Below are positions 35,458-49,189 of a stretch of 64,000 nucleotides of DNA, one piece after another (position 1 is the stretch's first letter; every line of letters starts with the position of its first letter). The position numbers and the translations under genes were made by a program. The notes below the pieces were generated by a model. The model did not search any database. It saw only the letters and a list, made by a program, of their open reading frames with translations, and was not told where the DNA came from. Source of the stretch: Takakia lepidozioides (taxonomy: Eukaryota; Plantae; Bryophyta); the NCBI GenBank assembly GCA_030704615.1, contig CM060732.1, forward strand, positions 70,370,001-70,434,000. The letters run 5' to 3'.

Positions 35458-36491
35458 AACAAGTAACATGGATGGGAAAAAGTGTGGCGCTTCAAAAGAC
35501 GAGGGCAGAAAGACAAGCTGTCAGAGTCACTTTGATAGAAAAAAATTGCGGCCTTGAAAGGGCTGTCACTAAAACTGAAAGGAACTGACTCACACAATAG
35601 AGCCGAAGGGAACTGAATATAAGGAAATTATAGCACTCACCAAATTCTAAATGAATGGGTAACAATAGGCGGATGAGAATCTAGATTATAGTGAAAATGG
35701 CTACATATTTATTGGGGAAAGTAATAAGTATGATCTGATAGATAGGTATTCACTGGGGAAGGTACATCAGGAGAAAATAGTCTGATCTCTCCTTAGGGAG
35801 GAGCCAATAAACCCCCTTTCAAGGCCATCCAGACAAACATGGTCAGAGCCCCGGCCTAAAGGTAGACAGTTCACACAAGGTTTGAGCCCCAGACCCAGGT
35901 CCTACTGACCACTAACACACTTCGATTTGATAATGATCAAGACAACAGTGCAGAACTTGTTTCTTGAGTGCCTCATCACCAGTGGAATCAAAGTGCACCT
36001 TAAGAATAAGCCCCCCCCCCATGTTTTTTGACAAATGTTGCTGCTCTTGATCGCAAACAAGTGGTTCCGGCGTGGGCAGATAGATATGTGCTCACCATAC
36101 ATATTCCATATGGACTTTTGTTGGGAACAGCTATCCTAATTTATTTCACTGGGCTATGGAGTCTTTACCATCTTCGAAATGGTCCTCTACTTTCTTCCTG
36201 ATCTGGACCTGTGTGATCTGCTAAACCTGGGTAGTAGACCCTTTGCACTACAGTACAATGTTACCAAATGTTCAAAATACCTGCAGCCACCAGTGAATCC
36301 AATCTGAAGCTGGATGTGGTGCATTGGACTTGAGGTGATACATCTAAGATGACAAGGCCCTAGAAAATTGTGAAGAGCAAAGTCAGATTTGAACTCTGGA
36401 GAAGGCAATGCTGAATCAATGCAATCTGAACGGAAGCCTTGAATTGACTAACAAACTTATGATCTTTATGAAGTGCACCGCCACAGTGTCA

Positions 36492-39400
36492 TCAGGAATA
36501 TGTGTATATTGGTTTCTGGGTCAAGCGTCTCTTACACATAGGACATCGTTTTTCCTCACTCCAGATTCTTAGCGAACATTCCATACAAAAGCAGGTATGG
36601 CCGCAAGGATATAAACAACTCCTCTTTCTTGGCTTCTCCAGATCGCTTGTGGAGCAGCTCGGCAACAATCGATTCAGATTAGTGCCACTGCCATCCAAGT
36701 TGGGTTGCGTGCTGCAAGGTGGATCCAACTCATTGTAACAGATGCTGCATTCATGTTTCTGCACATGTTTGGCATCCTCTCTCTTTTTGAGATTGTTGTT
36801 CGCCTCTTCAAGATTTCTCCACGAGATAGCCTGAGCTGCGTCATATTGGCTCTTCAGGTCTTCTTCAGACTGCATTCATTGCACCACACACATCCATGGA
36901 TATTGTCGAGTGTTTTCTTAACATGATGCCCAAGAAGTACAGCTCGCATAAATGTTTGTGAGGGAGCAACCTAAAGTAAAACAACTGAAGAAAATCCAGC
37001 AAAATTCATCTTTGCAATGTTTCAGACGTGACAAGATCAACACAAACTTACAGAACTGATTTGATGGACATGTGACTATTCTGTCTTTGGAAAAGAAGTC
37101 CAAGACAGGAGATATGCTTTCATAGCCTCGCTGCATGCATGATATGCTTGATTTTACAAACAATTAGCAACCAAGTAGCAACACAGACCTATGAGCAATT
37201 TGATTGCAAGCATGCAAACATTAATCTGGTATCACCACATATAGAAGAGAGGGCTGCACCTTCTCTATAACCCCTTGAATAGCTTCAACCTGCACTTGGA
37301 TGGTTTTTTCCTATGTAGCTATAACAAGTTCCATAACTTCCTTTCTTGCAGTCATCTCACGATCAAATAATGCAACTCTGATGGCTTGCTGCTGCTTGAG
37401 AAACTGTAAGAGATCAATAGTATTACAAGGGTCAGGTGACCTAATCAGGGAAAAAGATTAGGAAAAAAGTTGTCCCAGTGGTGCATCCAATTTTCTTTTT
37501 GACCTCTTCTTCTGGTGGCTGGTTGCAGCTCCCTCACTTTTAACAATTTGTCCAACCCTCCGATTCTCTGCTCCAGAGATCTCATCAACAACCATGTGCA
37601 CTTGCAGACAAACAACAAGACAGAGAAGGCATGTCCATGGCCAACCTGTTCCTTGCTCTGCGGTCAAAAGAGGAAATAATGGAAATTTCTTCAAAAAAAT
37701 ATCTGAGCAAAAGAGAGGAATAGGAGATACTACCTAGAACTAGAGGTCCTCGGTCAATGAGTTGGAAGGTTACAGGAAGATAGAATTTGCCAAAGAGAAA
37801 GTAAGGCTCTCACCTCCAAGAATTCCGTGTTTTGCCTCCTCAAAACCATAGCCGATATGTGTAATTCATGTTCCAAATCATGTAGTAGTTTCTCTTTGCT
37901 TTTGGCGTCTTTGCTCTTCTTCTCTACAACCTGCATTGTCTCTAGCTCCCTCTCTTCTACCATCAAGGCCCTATCCAACAATCACAGCATGGCGCATTTT
38001 CTCAATATATCAGATACATGTCATACCCTATCATGGATATACCCACACCAACTGTAACATTTCACCACACCACCGCAATGACTAATGACAAAAACTTTCT
38101 TGCCCAGACTTCGTGGCGACTTTCCGCGCATATGAGGCCCATCAGAGGAGCAGTTCTCTGTTTTCCAACCCTGTATGGTTTGAGGTGGCATTTTCGCAGT
38201 CAGGCCCGAATATCCTAAGTCCATAGTCGAGTTTTGAATTCACTCTACAAAGACAAGCCATTGTTAGACTGAAAGGGTTGCATGGCTGGTTGGCCGACAC
38301 CTGCTCCGCTAAGTATCGGCGGGTACGTCCAGTAGCAAGTCTGAAATTTGCACGCGAGGGTGGAACTTGACTTCGATATCTGACACAGAGAAAAGCTAGG
38401 GACGCCAAGTTCTGACACGGAGTTTGCGTGATATGAGCTTCTTCCCCTTCACACTTTTGATACCCTGATTAGTCAAGAGGACTTCGGCGTCAAAGTGTGG
38501 AGATCTGCTGCACCTACAAGTTGTCAGGTAGTGATTTGAGTCTCTCCAAACTGCTTTTCCCAAGCTGAGCACCACTTATGGCCCATGGTTCCCGCATCCA
38601 GCACTCCCTTCTTTGGCTGTAAAGTAAAAAATTCTCTCTCTCACTGTGGTTGTCTTGCAGGTCTTCGTCGTACAGCTGCATTTGCCGTACGCAAGTTATT
38701 ACCAAGCCAGGAGTGACACAAAGAAATTACGGACAGGGGATCCAATCGATCTAAATCTTTTCAGATCTGCAGAATCAGAAGACTGGTCACTAATCAATCA
38801 ATCAATCACGAGTCTTTTAGATATAGCAAGAGATATTTTAGAAGGGTCCGATCAATCAATCACGAGTCTTTAGATATAGCAGGAGATATTTGAGAAGGGT
38901 CCGAGCTCTAGCACCTGTTCAACCAATTCGCTTCGGGCTTCCTCGTCGGCCTCCTCGACAGCTTCCACGGAGAGATCTGCAGCTGTTATTGTCCGTATGG
39001 CATCCGCTATTAGCCTTTATTGTGACACTGCCACTTTTCTTGGACATTCCGCCTGTACACCATTTAATTGCCAACAACGGAAGGCCAGTCAGAAGTAACA
39101 CAAAAACCAGAGACAACCATGTGTGCTTACGAATTGTGGACCACAAAAGTAGAGTACTTAACCATGTGCCTAGAGACTAAACCCAGCTCGAAGACTAAGA
39201 ACATAAACCACACAAAATGTCGATTGGGATCAATCTCATTCATGTCATCCACTGTTGCATAATCCAATCGAAGAGAAGTTGGAGAACCAGCATTGAGCTC
39301 TCGGGCTGCCGCATAACCACTGGAAACAGGCGGAAAAACGTACAAGAAAGTTCTTTTGTTCTTTCCAAGTTCTGTTGCTTTCGTAAGGATAATCCATCTG

Positions 39401-39622
39401 TTCCAGACCATGCTTCAACCGCCGACGCGCATACTCACGCCAATGCTCGCCCAACAAATGCCATTCATGATGTCTCATGACGGTCACAGGTGGCCACACG
39501 TAATCGGTATTGCCAGACATCTTAGACGTTACCCAGTGATTGTTGAGAGATCCAACTCTCAATTGAAACTTGGGCTCGTACTCCACCTCAGTAAACCAAC
39601 ACTCAACTCCACACTCCACCAC
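36492..39622 (-). pseudogene. Second XS-like + coiled-coil + RING paralog (disrupted)
   Basis: YVWPPVTVM, FLYVFPPVSSGYAAAREL and LDYATVDDMNEIDP (frameshift near 39385); coiled-coil exons with a premature TAG near 37311; RING CSIC...PCGHTCFCMEC..CPMC; exon layout similar to 12084-15048. Confidence 0.7.
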
Positions 39623-39886
39623 CCTCTGCGACTGAAGTAACTAGTCGCGCCGCTCCAAATGCCGTGAGCAGAGAGAGATGGGTGCTACTTAACAGTACCC
39701 CCGTCTCTTATTAGAATGATTGCCTACATGGAGCTCGAGTGGTTGCCCCTCGTCAGCTTCCTGCGCCGTCTTTTGAAGCTCCATAAATAGATCTGCGCTG
39801 ATCTATCAAAAGTATGTACTATGTACTCACCGCCGCCACCCAACGTTCCTTCAATATGTAGAGCAGTTTCATTGGGGGCCTTGATC

Positions 39887-40270
39887 CTAGAGTGGTCCAG
39901 GAATTATTGTGGCCCAGGAATTAGAGTGGGGCGCTTATTATCAGGGCCTTCTAGAAGGGTTCGGTGGGCTTTTAGAAAGTCCCCCCTCTTACTACCTGCT
40001 AACTTATTACCTACTAAATTAGTAAATAGTGGGCTCTACAAAGGCAGGGCCCCCAAAAAAAAAACAACAAATTTATTAATAGAAACCTCATTATGGGCCA
40101 CTTGCCCTTTACACTAGGGACCAAGACCAAGCGGAAATGGAACATTCTTATTGGTCGAGGGCCAAAAATTGGTCCCAAGGGCTTTACACTAGGGACCAAG
40201 CCCAAAAGACCAAAGGGGGCCAATATGCTTACATGGCACCTACTTTCGTCGCGAACTTCTTGGTCCAGAC
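39887..40270. mobile_element. Unclassified non-autonomous element
   Basis: Shares a 20-bp start with 7867; internal direct repeat CTTTACACTAGGGACCAAG twice. Confidence 0.35.
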
Positions 40271-42005
40271 CGTGTTGTGCCGGTATATAGGGTATTCCGT
40301 GGTATGTGCATAGGTATATGCAATGGTATCAAGGACCCTACCAGCTTGATATCAACCAAGAGAAATACCCCAGCGGCTATGCACAAGTTGCCCCCAATAA
40401 GTCCCAAATTAATATCCTGGCTTCTACCATACCAGTAAGGTATTCATTAATGTCATACCCTTGTAGATACCAGTACTCCCCCGTTGGTGTGGCGAAATCC
40501 CTCGAGTATTTGTGCATGAGTGATGAAAGGGAAGCTAGATTACACAGATATTCAGCAAAAAAGAAAGTTATTTAAAAACTAATTATCCATATCTCTGGGA
40601 GAGATGAATAGACATAGGGGAATAATCTGGACCTCTCACACCAAGGCCAGAGAGTACATCACCCATACCGGAAGAACCAGATTTGGATGTCACTCCTTCT
40701 TATTCTTTACAAAAAAGATTAAGGGATTTGGTACAGGAAGAAGATCAGCCACGAGGGGAAAGATTTGAGGTACATCCCTGGGTTAATGATTTGACAGAAA
40801 TCTTTGATCAGAGTTGGCATGGAACACCAAGAGCAGGAACTCCAGTTTCTGAAACACAAGCCAAAGAAGGAGAGGAAGATGTGGCAGAGCCAACGGAGAG
40901 TTTAGACTCTCCAACACCACTTCAGTTGAGTTATATGAGTGAAGAAGAAGAAATCCAAGAGAAGAACCTTGAAAGATGAAAACAGAGAAAAGAACTTGGA
41001 AGATAAAGAGTATGAATAAGTAGACCCAACAGTTGAGGTTGAGACTACAACCAGGACATCCCAACCTATTTGTCGCGCACCTCGCTTCGGTAAGCTCCCC
41101 TTCAAGTCATAGTTACTCGCTTTGATGCGCGCGCCTGACTCCCAACCTGGCCGCCCGGGCCAACTTGGAGCTTCGGCTGCTCACCGGGACATAACGGTTC
41201 CCCCCTTTGCTCCCCTCTAAACCCTCCACCTAATTGGGACTAGGAGAATTCCCTTTGGTAGATGGCAGTCCGGAACAGCTCCCCACTCTTTGGTCGCTTT
41301 CCGGCTCGCTCGCTTACTCACTAGTTTTTGGTCACCAACGGCTTGCACCGTTCTCGGGGTTACTACTCCCTATATATACTTCTGTAGCTGTCCGCGGGGG
41401 TTCCACAACCAGCCATGCCATTTTATGGCGAACCACGACGAAAACCCTCGACTCCCGGTGATGAGTCGCGGTGAGTCTTGGCCCGCTCACCACGGCCCCT
41501 ATGGACCGTGATGAGTCCCAAGACTCCCCACGACTCCCACCACGAGGTCTCCGCCCCCATGGTGAGTCCTATGCCACCCCCACTAAGTCCCGCTAAGCTA
41601 CCACCACCCCTTGTGGAGCCACCCCCACCGCAACCCGTGTGCGGGGCTCCACCTTGTGAGCGCCTCCGCTTCCCTGAGTGCCTTGGGCACTCAAGGGTGC
41701 TTCAGCCCCCCATACCTATCGCTGCCGCTGCCCCCACCACAGGGACAGCCCCTCATGTGTCCCGACCCCCTGCCCCTCAAGGCAAAGGGCCGCGACACTG
41801 TTGGACCTGGATCAAGTGGAGCACTTGGATCACAGGCCAACACAGGTGTCGGCTCAGGGGGATCAGGCGGGCAGCTTGGATCTGGCTCTGGGGGGACAGG
41901 GAGTGTGGGAAGTAGTGCAACTGGAGCTGAGGGTACTGCAAGTGCAGGGGGGCCAGTAGCAGGGAGTGCTCAGGGGCCAACACCTGATGGGGGGGCGCTT
42001 CTTCA
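40271..42005. other. Unclassified, probably TE-derived GC-rich and low-complexity region
   Basis: Acidic ORF 40683-40979; Pro/Gly-rich overlapping ORFs; repeated TGAGTC/GACTC motifs; no recognisable domain. Confidence 0.3.
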
Positions 42006-42059
42006 ATGTCGAGTGTAGTGGCTGTAAATTTTACTTCAGATGCTGATTGGTTTCCTATG

Positions 42060-42744
42060 TCTTTTTCCCTGATTAGGTCACATGACCCATGCTATACTAT
42101 TGATCTCTTACAGTTTCTCAAGCAGCAGCAAGCCATCAGAGTTGCATTATTTGATCGTGAGATGATTGCAAGAAAAGAAGTTATTGAACTTGTTATAGCT
42201 ACAGTGGAAAAAACCATCCAAGTACATGTTGAAGTTATCCAAGGGGTTATAGAGAAGGTACAACCCTCTCTTCCCTTGTGGTCATACCAGATTAACATAC
42301 ACAGCTTCACCTATACAGGAGTATAAGTGTTAGACCCCAAGTTATGCATCATACATACCTGATGGTGGAAACAATTCGTTTGCATGATTGTAATCAAATT
42401 GCTCATAGTTCTGTGTTGCTACTTGGTTGCTAATTGTTTGTAACATAGCACAAGCTTTTCATGCATGCAGTGAGGCTATGAAAGTATGTCTATTGCCTTG
42501 GATTTCTTCTCCAAAGACAAAATAGTCACATGTCCATCAAATCAGTTCTGTAAATTTGAGTTGATTTTGTGACGTCTGAAATATTGCAAAGATGAATTTT
42601 GCTGGATTTTCTTCAGTTGTTTTACTTTAGGTTGCTCCCTCACAAACATTTATGCGAGCTGTACTTCTTGGCATCATGTTAAGAAAACACTTGACAATAT
42701 CCATGGATGTGTGTGGTGCAATGAATGCAGTCTGAAGAAGACCT
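42060..42744 (+). pseudogene. Inverted partial copy of XS-RING paralog 2, portion left of the LTR insertion
   Basis: Reverse complement of ~36856-37460 (FLKQQQAIRVALFDREM...). Confidence 0.9.
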
Positions 42745-43198
42745 TGTAAAGCCAGATTCCCGCCCACCCCGTTATTCCTCTTCCTCTATGGGTATTGAGC
42801 TATCAGGGGGATGTGTGCTCAGTAAAGCAGGCTAGCGAGATAGGCAGGATCCAACGGAGATCCAAAACTGACACACAGGTACAGTAGGGTTTCCACACCA
42901 AACGTACACCGCCGCCTTAAACGTCGTGTTGATCTCTTTTATAAACGAAGGCCCACAATCTCATCTAACCAAGTGGCAAGCCCTGATTGGTTACTTGGAT
43001 GCCATTCGGGTGTCTGTCCATATAGGACGTCACCTCATTCTATTTTAGAGATAAACTAGCTGTTAACATAAGACAATACTTAGTTTAAAAATAGATTGTT
43101 TCCAGCTGGTTTCATCCAAGCCCTTTTTCAACGGTCATCATCCAACGTCTGTTCATCCAAATGTCAAAAATGTAGGTAGAAAGAATCTGGCCATTACA
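42745..43198. mobile_element. LTR (454 bp) with TG...CA ends
   Basis: TGTAAAGCCAGATTC...GAATCTGGCCATTACA; preceded by ACCT; right half repeated at 52991-53214. Confidence 0.85.
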
Positions 43199-43653
43199 TA
43201 TGTAAAGCCTCCTGGCACACAGAGAAGCGAGCTCCAGTGAGCTAGCTAAAAAAACACTGCTCAAGACAGGGAGCAGTGTCACTCAAGGTCACACCAAGAT
43301 AGGATGAAAAAACCGCAACAAGGAAAACCTTGCTCTGCAATTTGAGCGAAGGACAAAACCTTGTTGTGGAAAAACCCTATCTTGTGAGGGGTGCAACCTG
43401 GAGAACAACAAAGAAAACTGAGAGAGATCCTATGTAGGGAGCAGCTGAATAAAAGACAATGTCATGAGGAAGTCTAGGTAGCAACTGAATCAGAATCAAG
43501 CCGAGCACGCTTCTTCGGAGTTAAAACCACATGTCGATTCTCCACGTTGAGGCAGGTCAAATCAAACTGCAGCTTAGAAAGGACCAGTTGAGAAACATGA
43601 ACTGTCCCTGCAATCTCCGCCGTAGAAGGATGCTGAGGAAGAAGACGGTACTG

Positions 43654-44826
43654 TCAACCAGGCAGAATCGCATGAATCAGATAAGGCCCATCGATCCGCA
43701 TCTTGGATTTGGTGACCTGCTTGCCAGGCTGCAATCGAACACAAACAGTCTGGCCTAGAGAAAAAAATTCAGAGTAAACAACCCTACGGTTATAATTTCT
43801 AGCCTGAGCAACTTGAGAAACCTTAATGTTATGTTTAGCAGTCTCTAATAAACGTAAACGATGAGAAGTGAGGTGAGTAAGAAAGTCTTCCCATATGATG
43901 GGCTCCTCAACCTGAGTTTGAAGCACAGGGACATGAAGAGGGGTGCGGCCATACAATAATTCAAAAGGGGAAAAGCGAGTGCTGGCATGTACCGAGGTCC
44001 TGTAGGCAAATATAAGAATGGGTAGAGTAACATCCCATTCTTCAGTGAGAGCCCCGTTCTTTTCTAACAACTGGCACATGGTTTTGTTGAACCTCTATGT
44101 AAGCCCGTTGCACTGGGGGTTGTAGGGAGCAGTCAAGCGATGTTTGACATCTAAATTAAAGCACACAACCTCCATTAGCTGATTACAAAACTCCATACCC
44201 TGATCAGTTAAAATTTCAAGGGGACAACCATGGCGTAGCAGGATTTCATCAAAGAAGAATTGAACCACCTCATCACTGTCCTTAGCAACCAACGGTCGGA
44301 TCTCAACCCACTTAGACAGGTAATCAGTAGCCACACTAATGTAGCTATTGCCCTTAGTCGTAGTTCGGAGGGGTCCAATAAGATCAAGACCAACTCGGGC
44401 AAACATCTCAGTCACCGGAATTGGTTGTAATTTAAGAGGAGATATGGTCCTAGGCAGCAATGTTTTAGACTTATATGGAACACACTTAGAAATGAAATCT
44501 GCCACATCCTTAGTTAACCCCTTCCAATGGTACTTTTCCTGGAGTCGCTTGACAGTTTTGTCAATGCCTAGATGACCAGCATATAGTGAGCAATGGTAAA
44601 GCTCAAGCAACGCAGGCATAGAGCTCCTAGTAGGGACCTCCACGGCAGTCTCTTGCCCATGAACATGAACTACCTTAAGCAACTTACCTTCATGCTCCCG
44701 ATGAGAGGGGAGATGATAGTTGACTTGCCTGAGGAGACGGGAAGAGAGGCCCGACAGATGAGTGTTGGTCTTACACTTCTGGAGGAGGGCTTGGTAAAGT
44801 AGGTCCTCCATGGTTGCAGCTGCCAT
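43654..44826 (-). mobile_element. Ty3/gypsy integrase remnant
   Basis: HCSLYAGHLG zinc-binding region; core GLDLIGPL, TDYLSKW, LTDQGMEF, APYNPQCNG; YRTSVHASTRFSPFELLYGR; stop at 44095. Confidence 0.92.
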
Positions 44827-45263
44827 AGCCAGCCCTTGGGTTAGTGTGAGCCTATCGGAGTATCCACCTCAGTGATCTCCGGGGAAGGCTTTCAGCTCAA
44901 TTGAATGACAAGGGAGACTTCATGAAGATGCAACCAAGGACAATGAAGCACAGAAGCAGATTTCCCCATGGAGAGGATTCAGTGCCAAAACCAAAACTAG
45001 AAGGACAAATGGACAGGTCAATCAGAGAAGAGAGAGTGATATCATACCTAGAATATGACCGCAGTGACAGTAGAACACTCTAAACCAACTTCAACCAGCA
45101 GAAAAGGAGAGCAAATCCTATTCAGACATGAGATCAGGTGGAAGAAAATGAACAAGGGCAAACAAAGCAAGTAAATTGGACCCGTCAGGAGAGGAAGAAG
45201 GCAAGGGTGAAGCACCAGATGGTAAGCAGTGTGCAAGGTCATCTAAGATAACATAAGGGTCAG

Positions 45264-48200
45264 TGTCACGGACATAGCCCATAAGAACTTACCAGGAGTA
45301 TATACCAGAAGTTACCAAGTTACCATGTTACCGAAAGTTATCATGACTTACCGTGATTTACCATGATCTACCATGATTTACCATTACTTACCAAGTTACC
45401 GGGAGTTTACCAAATTACCACCAAGAGTAATTGGGAAACTACTCAAGAAGCTTCCTTTGGAGGAAACTTCTCCATCAAGATACCTCATTTGTTTAAGGAA
45501 GCTTCTCCATCAAGAAACCTCCATAAGGGAAGCTTCTTGGAGAAGCTTCTTAGTAGCCAGTATATATAAGAGGTGAGATTGGACACTCTTCAGTCTCGCC
45601 AACACCAGTTCAAGCTACTCTTGTTTCCAGTTCCCAGTACTCCAATCCAGTTCCCAGTACTCTAGTCCAGTTTCCAGTATCTGGTACTCCAGTCCAGTTT
45701 CCAACATTCCAGTATTCAAGTCGTGTTCCAATATCTTGTACTCTTATTCATTGTTATAAAGATCGTCTTGATTCCTATTTACTCATCGTGCATTCGGCCA
45801 CGCCGACCTTGACTTCTTGTCTAACATTGTACCTCTAGTTTTATCTCTTGTTTGTGTTCAGTCATGTTCTCGTCCTTGACAGTTTGGCGAGATTGAAGTT
45901 TGTTCTTTAGTTAGTTAAGATGGAAGACACATTTGTGGAAATGGTCACCACATTGCAGAGTCTTCAGCTCCAGATGCAAGAACTTCGTACATCTACCGCC
46001 CAATTGCAAGCTGATCAGTCTCAAGATCTTGGCAACGCTCTCCACAATTTGCAACAACAAATTTCAGAGTTAAAGGAGTCGAACAATGGATCTTCAACCA
46101 TATGAGTCCCTACTGCAACAGCTCCTACTGCAACGGTTCATCTTCAACAGATTACAATAGAACCAAATATCAGCATGCCCGAGAAATTTGATGGGACGAG
46201 ATCAAGATTTCGCGGTTTTGTTCAACAAGTACGACTGTTCCTACGACTACATCCACAACGCTTCCCCGATGAAGGTATTCAAGTGGGATTCGTGGGCACT
46301 CTTTTATCAGACACTGTCATATCTTGGTTTGCACCGCTATTAGAAAAAAATTCACATTTACTATATAATTTTGAAGCATTCATGTCCGAGTTCACTGTAA
46401 CGTTTGGAGAGAATGATAGAGAGAGAGAGAGTTGTAGAAACAAAGATTCGAAATCTTCGACAAGGAACACGTCCTGCTTCTGTTTATGCTGTCGAATTTC
46501 GACAACTTGCGTGCGACCTCGACTGGAATGAGAAGAGCCTCATTAGTCAGTTTCGATGTGGACTAAAAGATGATGTAAAAGATTTATTGCTGACAATGCC
46601 AAACGTGAGCACACTGAGTGAATTCATTACCCAAGTCATTGCATGCGATAATCGTTTGTTCGAAAGACGTTAAGAGAAGCGATATGGATGGTCGATGACG
46701 CATCATGTCACTGCTACTACGACACCAAATACAACGATCCATCAGACATCCAGTAGTGATCCTATGCAGATTGATGCTGTCCGATTCAAACCATTGACGC
46801 CACAAGAAAAACAAAGACGGCGCTCGAATGGATTATGCCTCTATTGCAGATAAGAAGATCACATAACATTAAATTGCCCCAACAAGAGAAGATTCAAAGC
46901 TCGGGGCACAACTCAAGTGTTCGATACGAGGAAGTCGGAAAACGACGATGTCCAGTCACAGTAAGGACCATGCGGCTGGACACCACAAATTCCTTACCGA
47001 AAAAATGTCTTTTTCTACCTCCAGACCCTGCACCTTGCTTCACAGTTCCGGTAAAAATCAGAGTGCAAAATTGAGATATCGTTATAGAAGCACTTTTGGA
47101 CTCAGGAGCTTCAGCTTGTTTTATGGACAAAAACTTTGCGAAGCAACAGAATTTAACGCTCGTAAAGAAGAAACTTTCGGCCCCCGTTGAAGTCATCGAT
47201 GGACGACCGTTAGCATCAAGAAATGTGGACCATGAAACTCGACCACTTGAAGTGAAGCTTAAAGATCAAGCATCACATATTGTTTTCAATGTCATCCAGT
47301 CTCCAACGAATCATGTGATCTTTGGACTTCCCTGGTTCGTACTTCACAATCCCGACATCGACTGGCGATCGCGAAAAATTTATGCAAGACAAAAATGTAA
47401 AAATATCAAAGGTATTCAACCCCTATTCTTTGGAGCTAGAGCTTTCATGAGAACTACAAAAAATGAGGCGGCATTTGCACTTTATGCGACTCCGATGAAG
47501 ACCACAACAGACAAAGGTACGTGAATACATTGATGAAAATTTGTCGAAGCACTTCATCCGACATTCAAAATCACCCGCGGGGGCGCCTATTTTGTTTGTG
47601 AAAAAGAAGGACGGATCATTACGCATGTGTGTCGACTATCGCGGTCTCAACAAAGTCACAATCAATAATCGTTATCCGTTGCCGCTGATTTTTGGGCTTC
47701 TCGACCAGCTGGGACGAGCGAAGATTTTCACCAAAATCGACTTGAGAGGAGCCTATAACCTTGTACGGATAAAAGAAGGAGACGAATGGAAAACAACTTT
47801 TTGAACAAGGTATAAACATTTTGAATACAGTGTTATGCCTTTCAGTCTTACCAATGCTCCAGCAATTTTCCAACATATGATGAATGACATCTTTCAAGAA
47901 TTTTTAGATGACTTTGTAGTCATCTATTTGGACGACATTTTGATATTTTCACAGAATGAAGAAGAACATGGCCGCCATGTATGCCTTGTCCTTGATAAAT
48001 TAAGAGAAAGAAGATTATATACCAAGTTGGAGAAATGTTTTTTCCATCAATCTGAGGTCGAATTTCTGGGCTACATTATTTCCGACAAAGGCGTCTTTAT
48101 GGATCAGAAGAAAATACAAACCATCATCGAGTGGATTAAACCAACTTCGGTCCGAGATGTACAATGTTTTCTAGGCTTTGCAAATTTCTATAGAATCTTC

Positions 48201-48340
48201 ATCAATGACTATTCCAAAATTGCTGCACCATTGATACGACTCACATGGAAGGACAAATTTGTATGGGACGAGAAGGCTGACCAGGCATTTGAAAGGCTGA
48301 AGCAGACATTTACAACGGCTCCAATACTGATACATGCAGA
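45264..48340 (+). mobile_element. Ty3/gypsy chromovirus-like (Tcn1/Tf1-type) retrotransposon: 5' LTR + gag-pol, 3'-truncated
   Basis: LTR 45264-45881 TGTCACGGAC...GTCCTTGACA; gag PEKFDG, PMQID and a CLYC knuckle; protease LLDSGAS; [21 protein letters not shown] and YLDD; PBS complementary to the LTR itself. Confidence 0.92.
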
Positions 48341-49189
48341 CACTGTCCAATCTGCAAAATACATGTTGGAGATGATTGCGTCAATCCACCTATCAATGAC
48401 AAGTACACAACCCTGTTATATATTGTGCACCCTCCTTTCTCTCTGAGCAGATTAGAAACAGAACCAGTGAAGAAAGTGGCAACTGAAACTAGTACATCCA
48501 GGTCTCTGAAGTGTGTCTTCTTGATTGAACCAGCCTTAGGGTGCTTAAAAGTTAGGCATTGCTGCAGGCCAAGCATTCCTAGTAGCACCTCCGAGCCAAT
48601 TGAAGGATTTGTGGGTGCTGAGATCCCCTACACAGTTGGTTGGCCAACCTTGGACAAAGACATAGAGACTCATTGTTTTATGTGGTCAGGCACATTCACT
48701 CCAAATGACTCTCCTGCAGCTCGTGGAGCTGGAAGAACCTCTTCTGCCACTGCTATTCGAGAGTGGTAGTCAAGCTGGAGAGGGTTCCTTCTACAATACG
48801 AAAGAGAAGAAAGTCTCTTTATTTTACTTCCCTTAGAGAGAGCCCCAAACTGCCCCTCTCTTCACCATAGTATGCCTGCACGTAAGGCTTTGCAAAGAGG
48901 TGGACCCTACACTGTGCTTGCAAAACCAATACCAGTCTGAATAACATGCTTACAAATAAAAATTCCAACTTACTTTAGCTACAAAGGAGTGGCCATGCCA
49001 AACCGGTATGAGCGCATAGTAGCAGAACAATGAGCTTTCTGTTCCAGTCTCAATGTTAAATGTTGATGTACAGAGAAGACCAGAATCCCAATTATGAAGA
49101 TCTTGACAGAGGGCAACAAAGACTGCAACCAACAATTCAACAGAAGAATAAATGAACATAATTTGTCTCAAAAGAATTCAACATGCACC

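Noticed and set aside
41478-42018. Pro-rich or Gly-rich protein genes
   Set aside because: Overlapping low-complexity ORFs in GC-rich, repeat-like DNA, with no domain or splice support
48425-48810. Continuation of the retrotransposon pol
   Set aside because: Similarity to pol ends at ~48340 (TAPILIHAD); the downstream sequence has no RNase H motifs and could not be assigned
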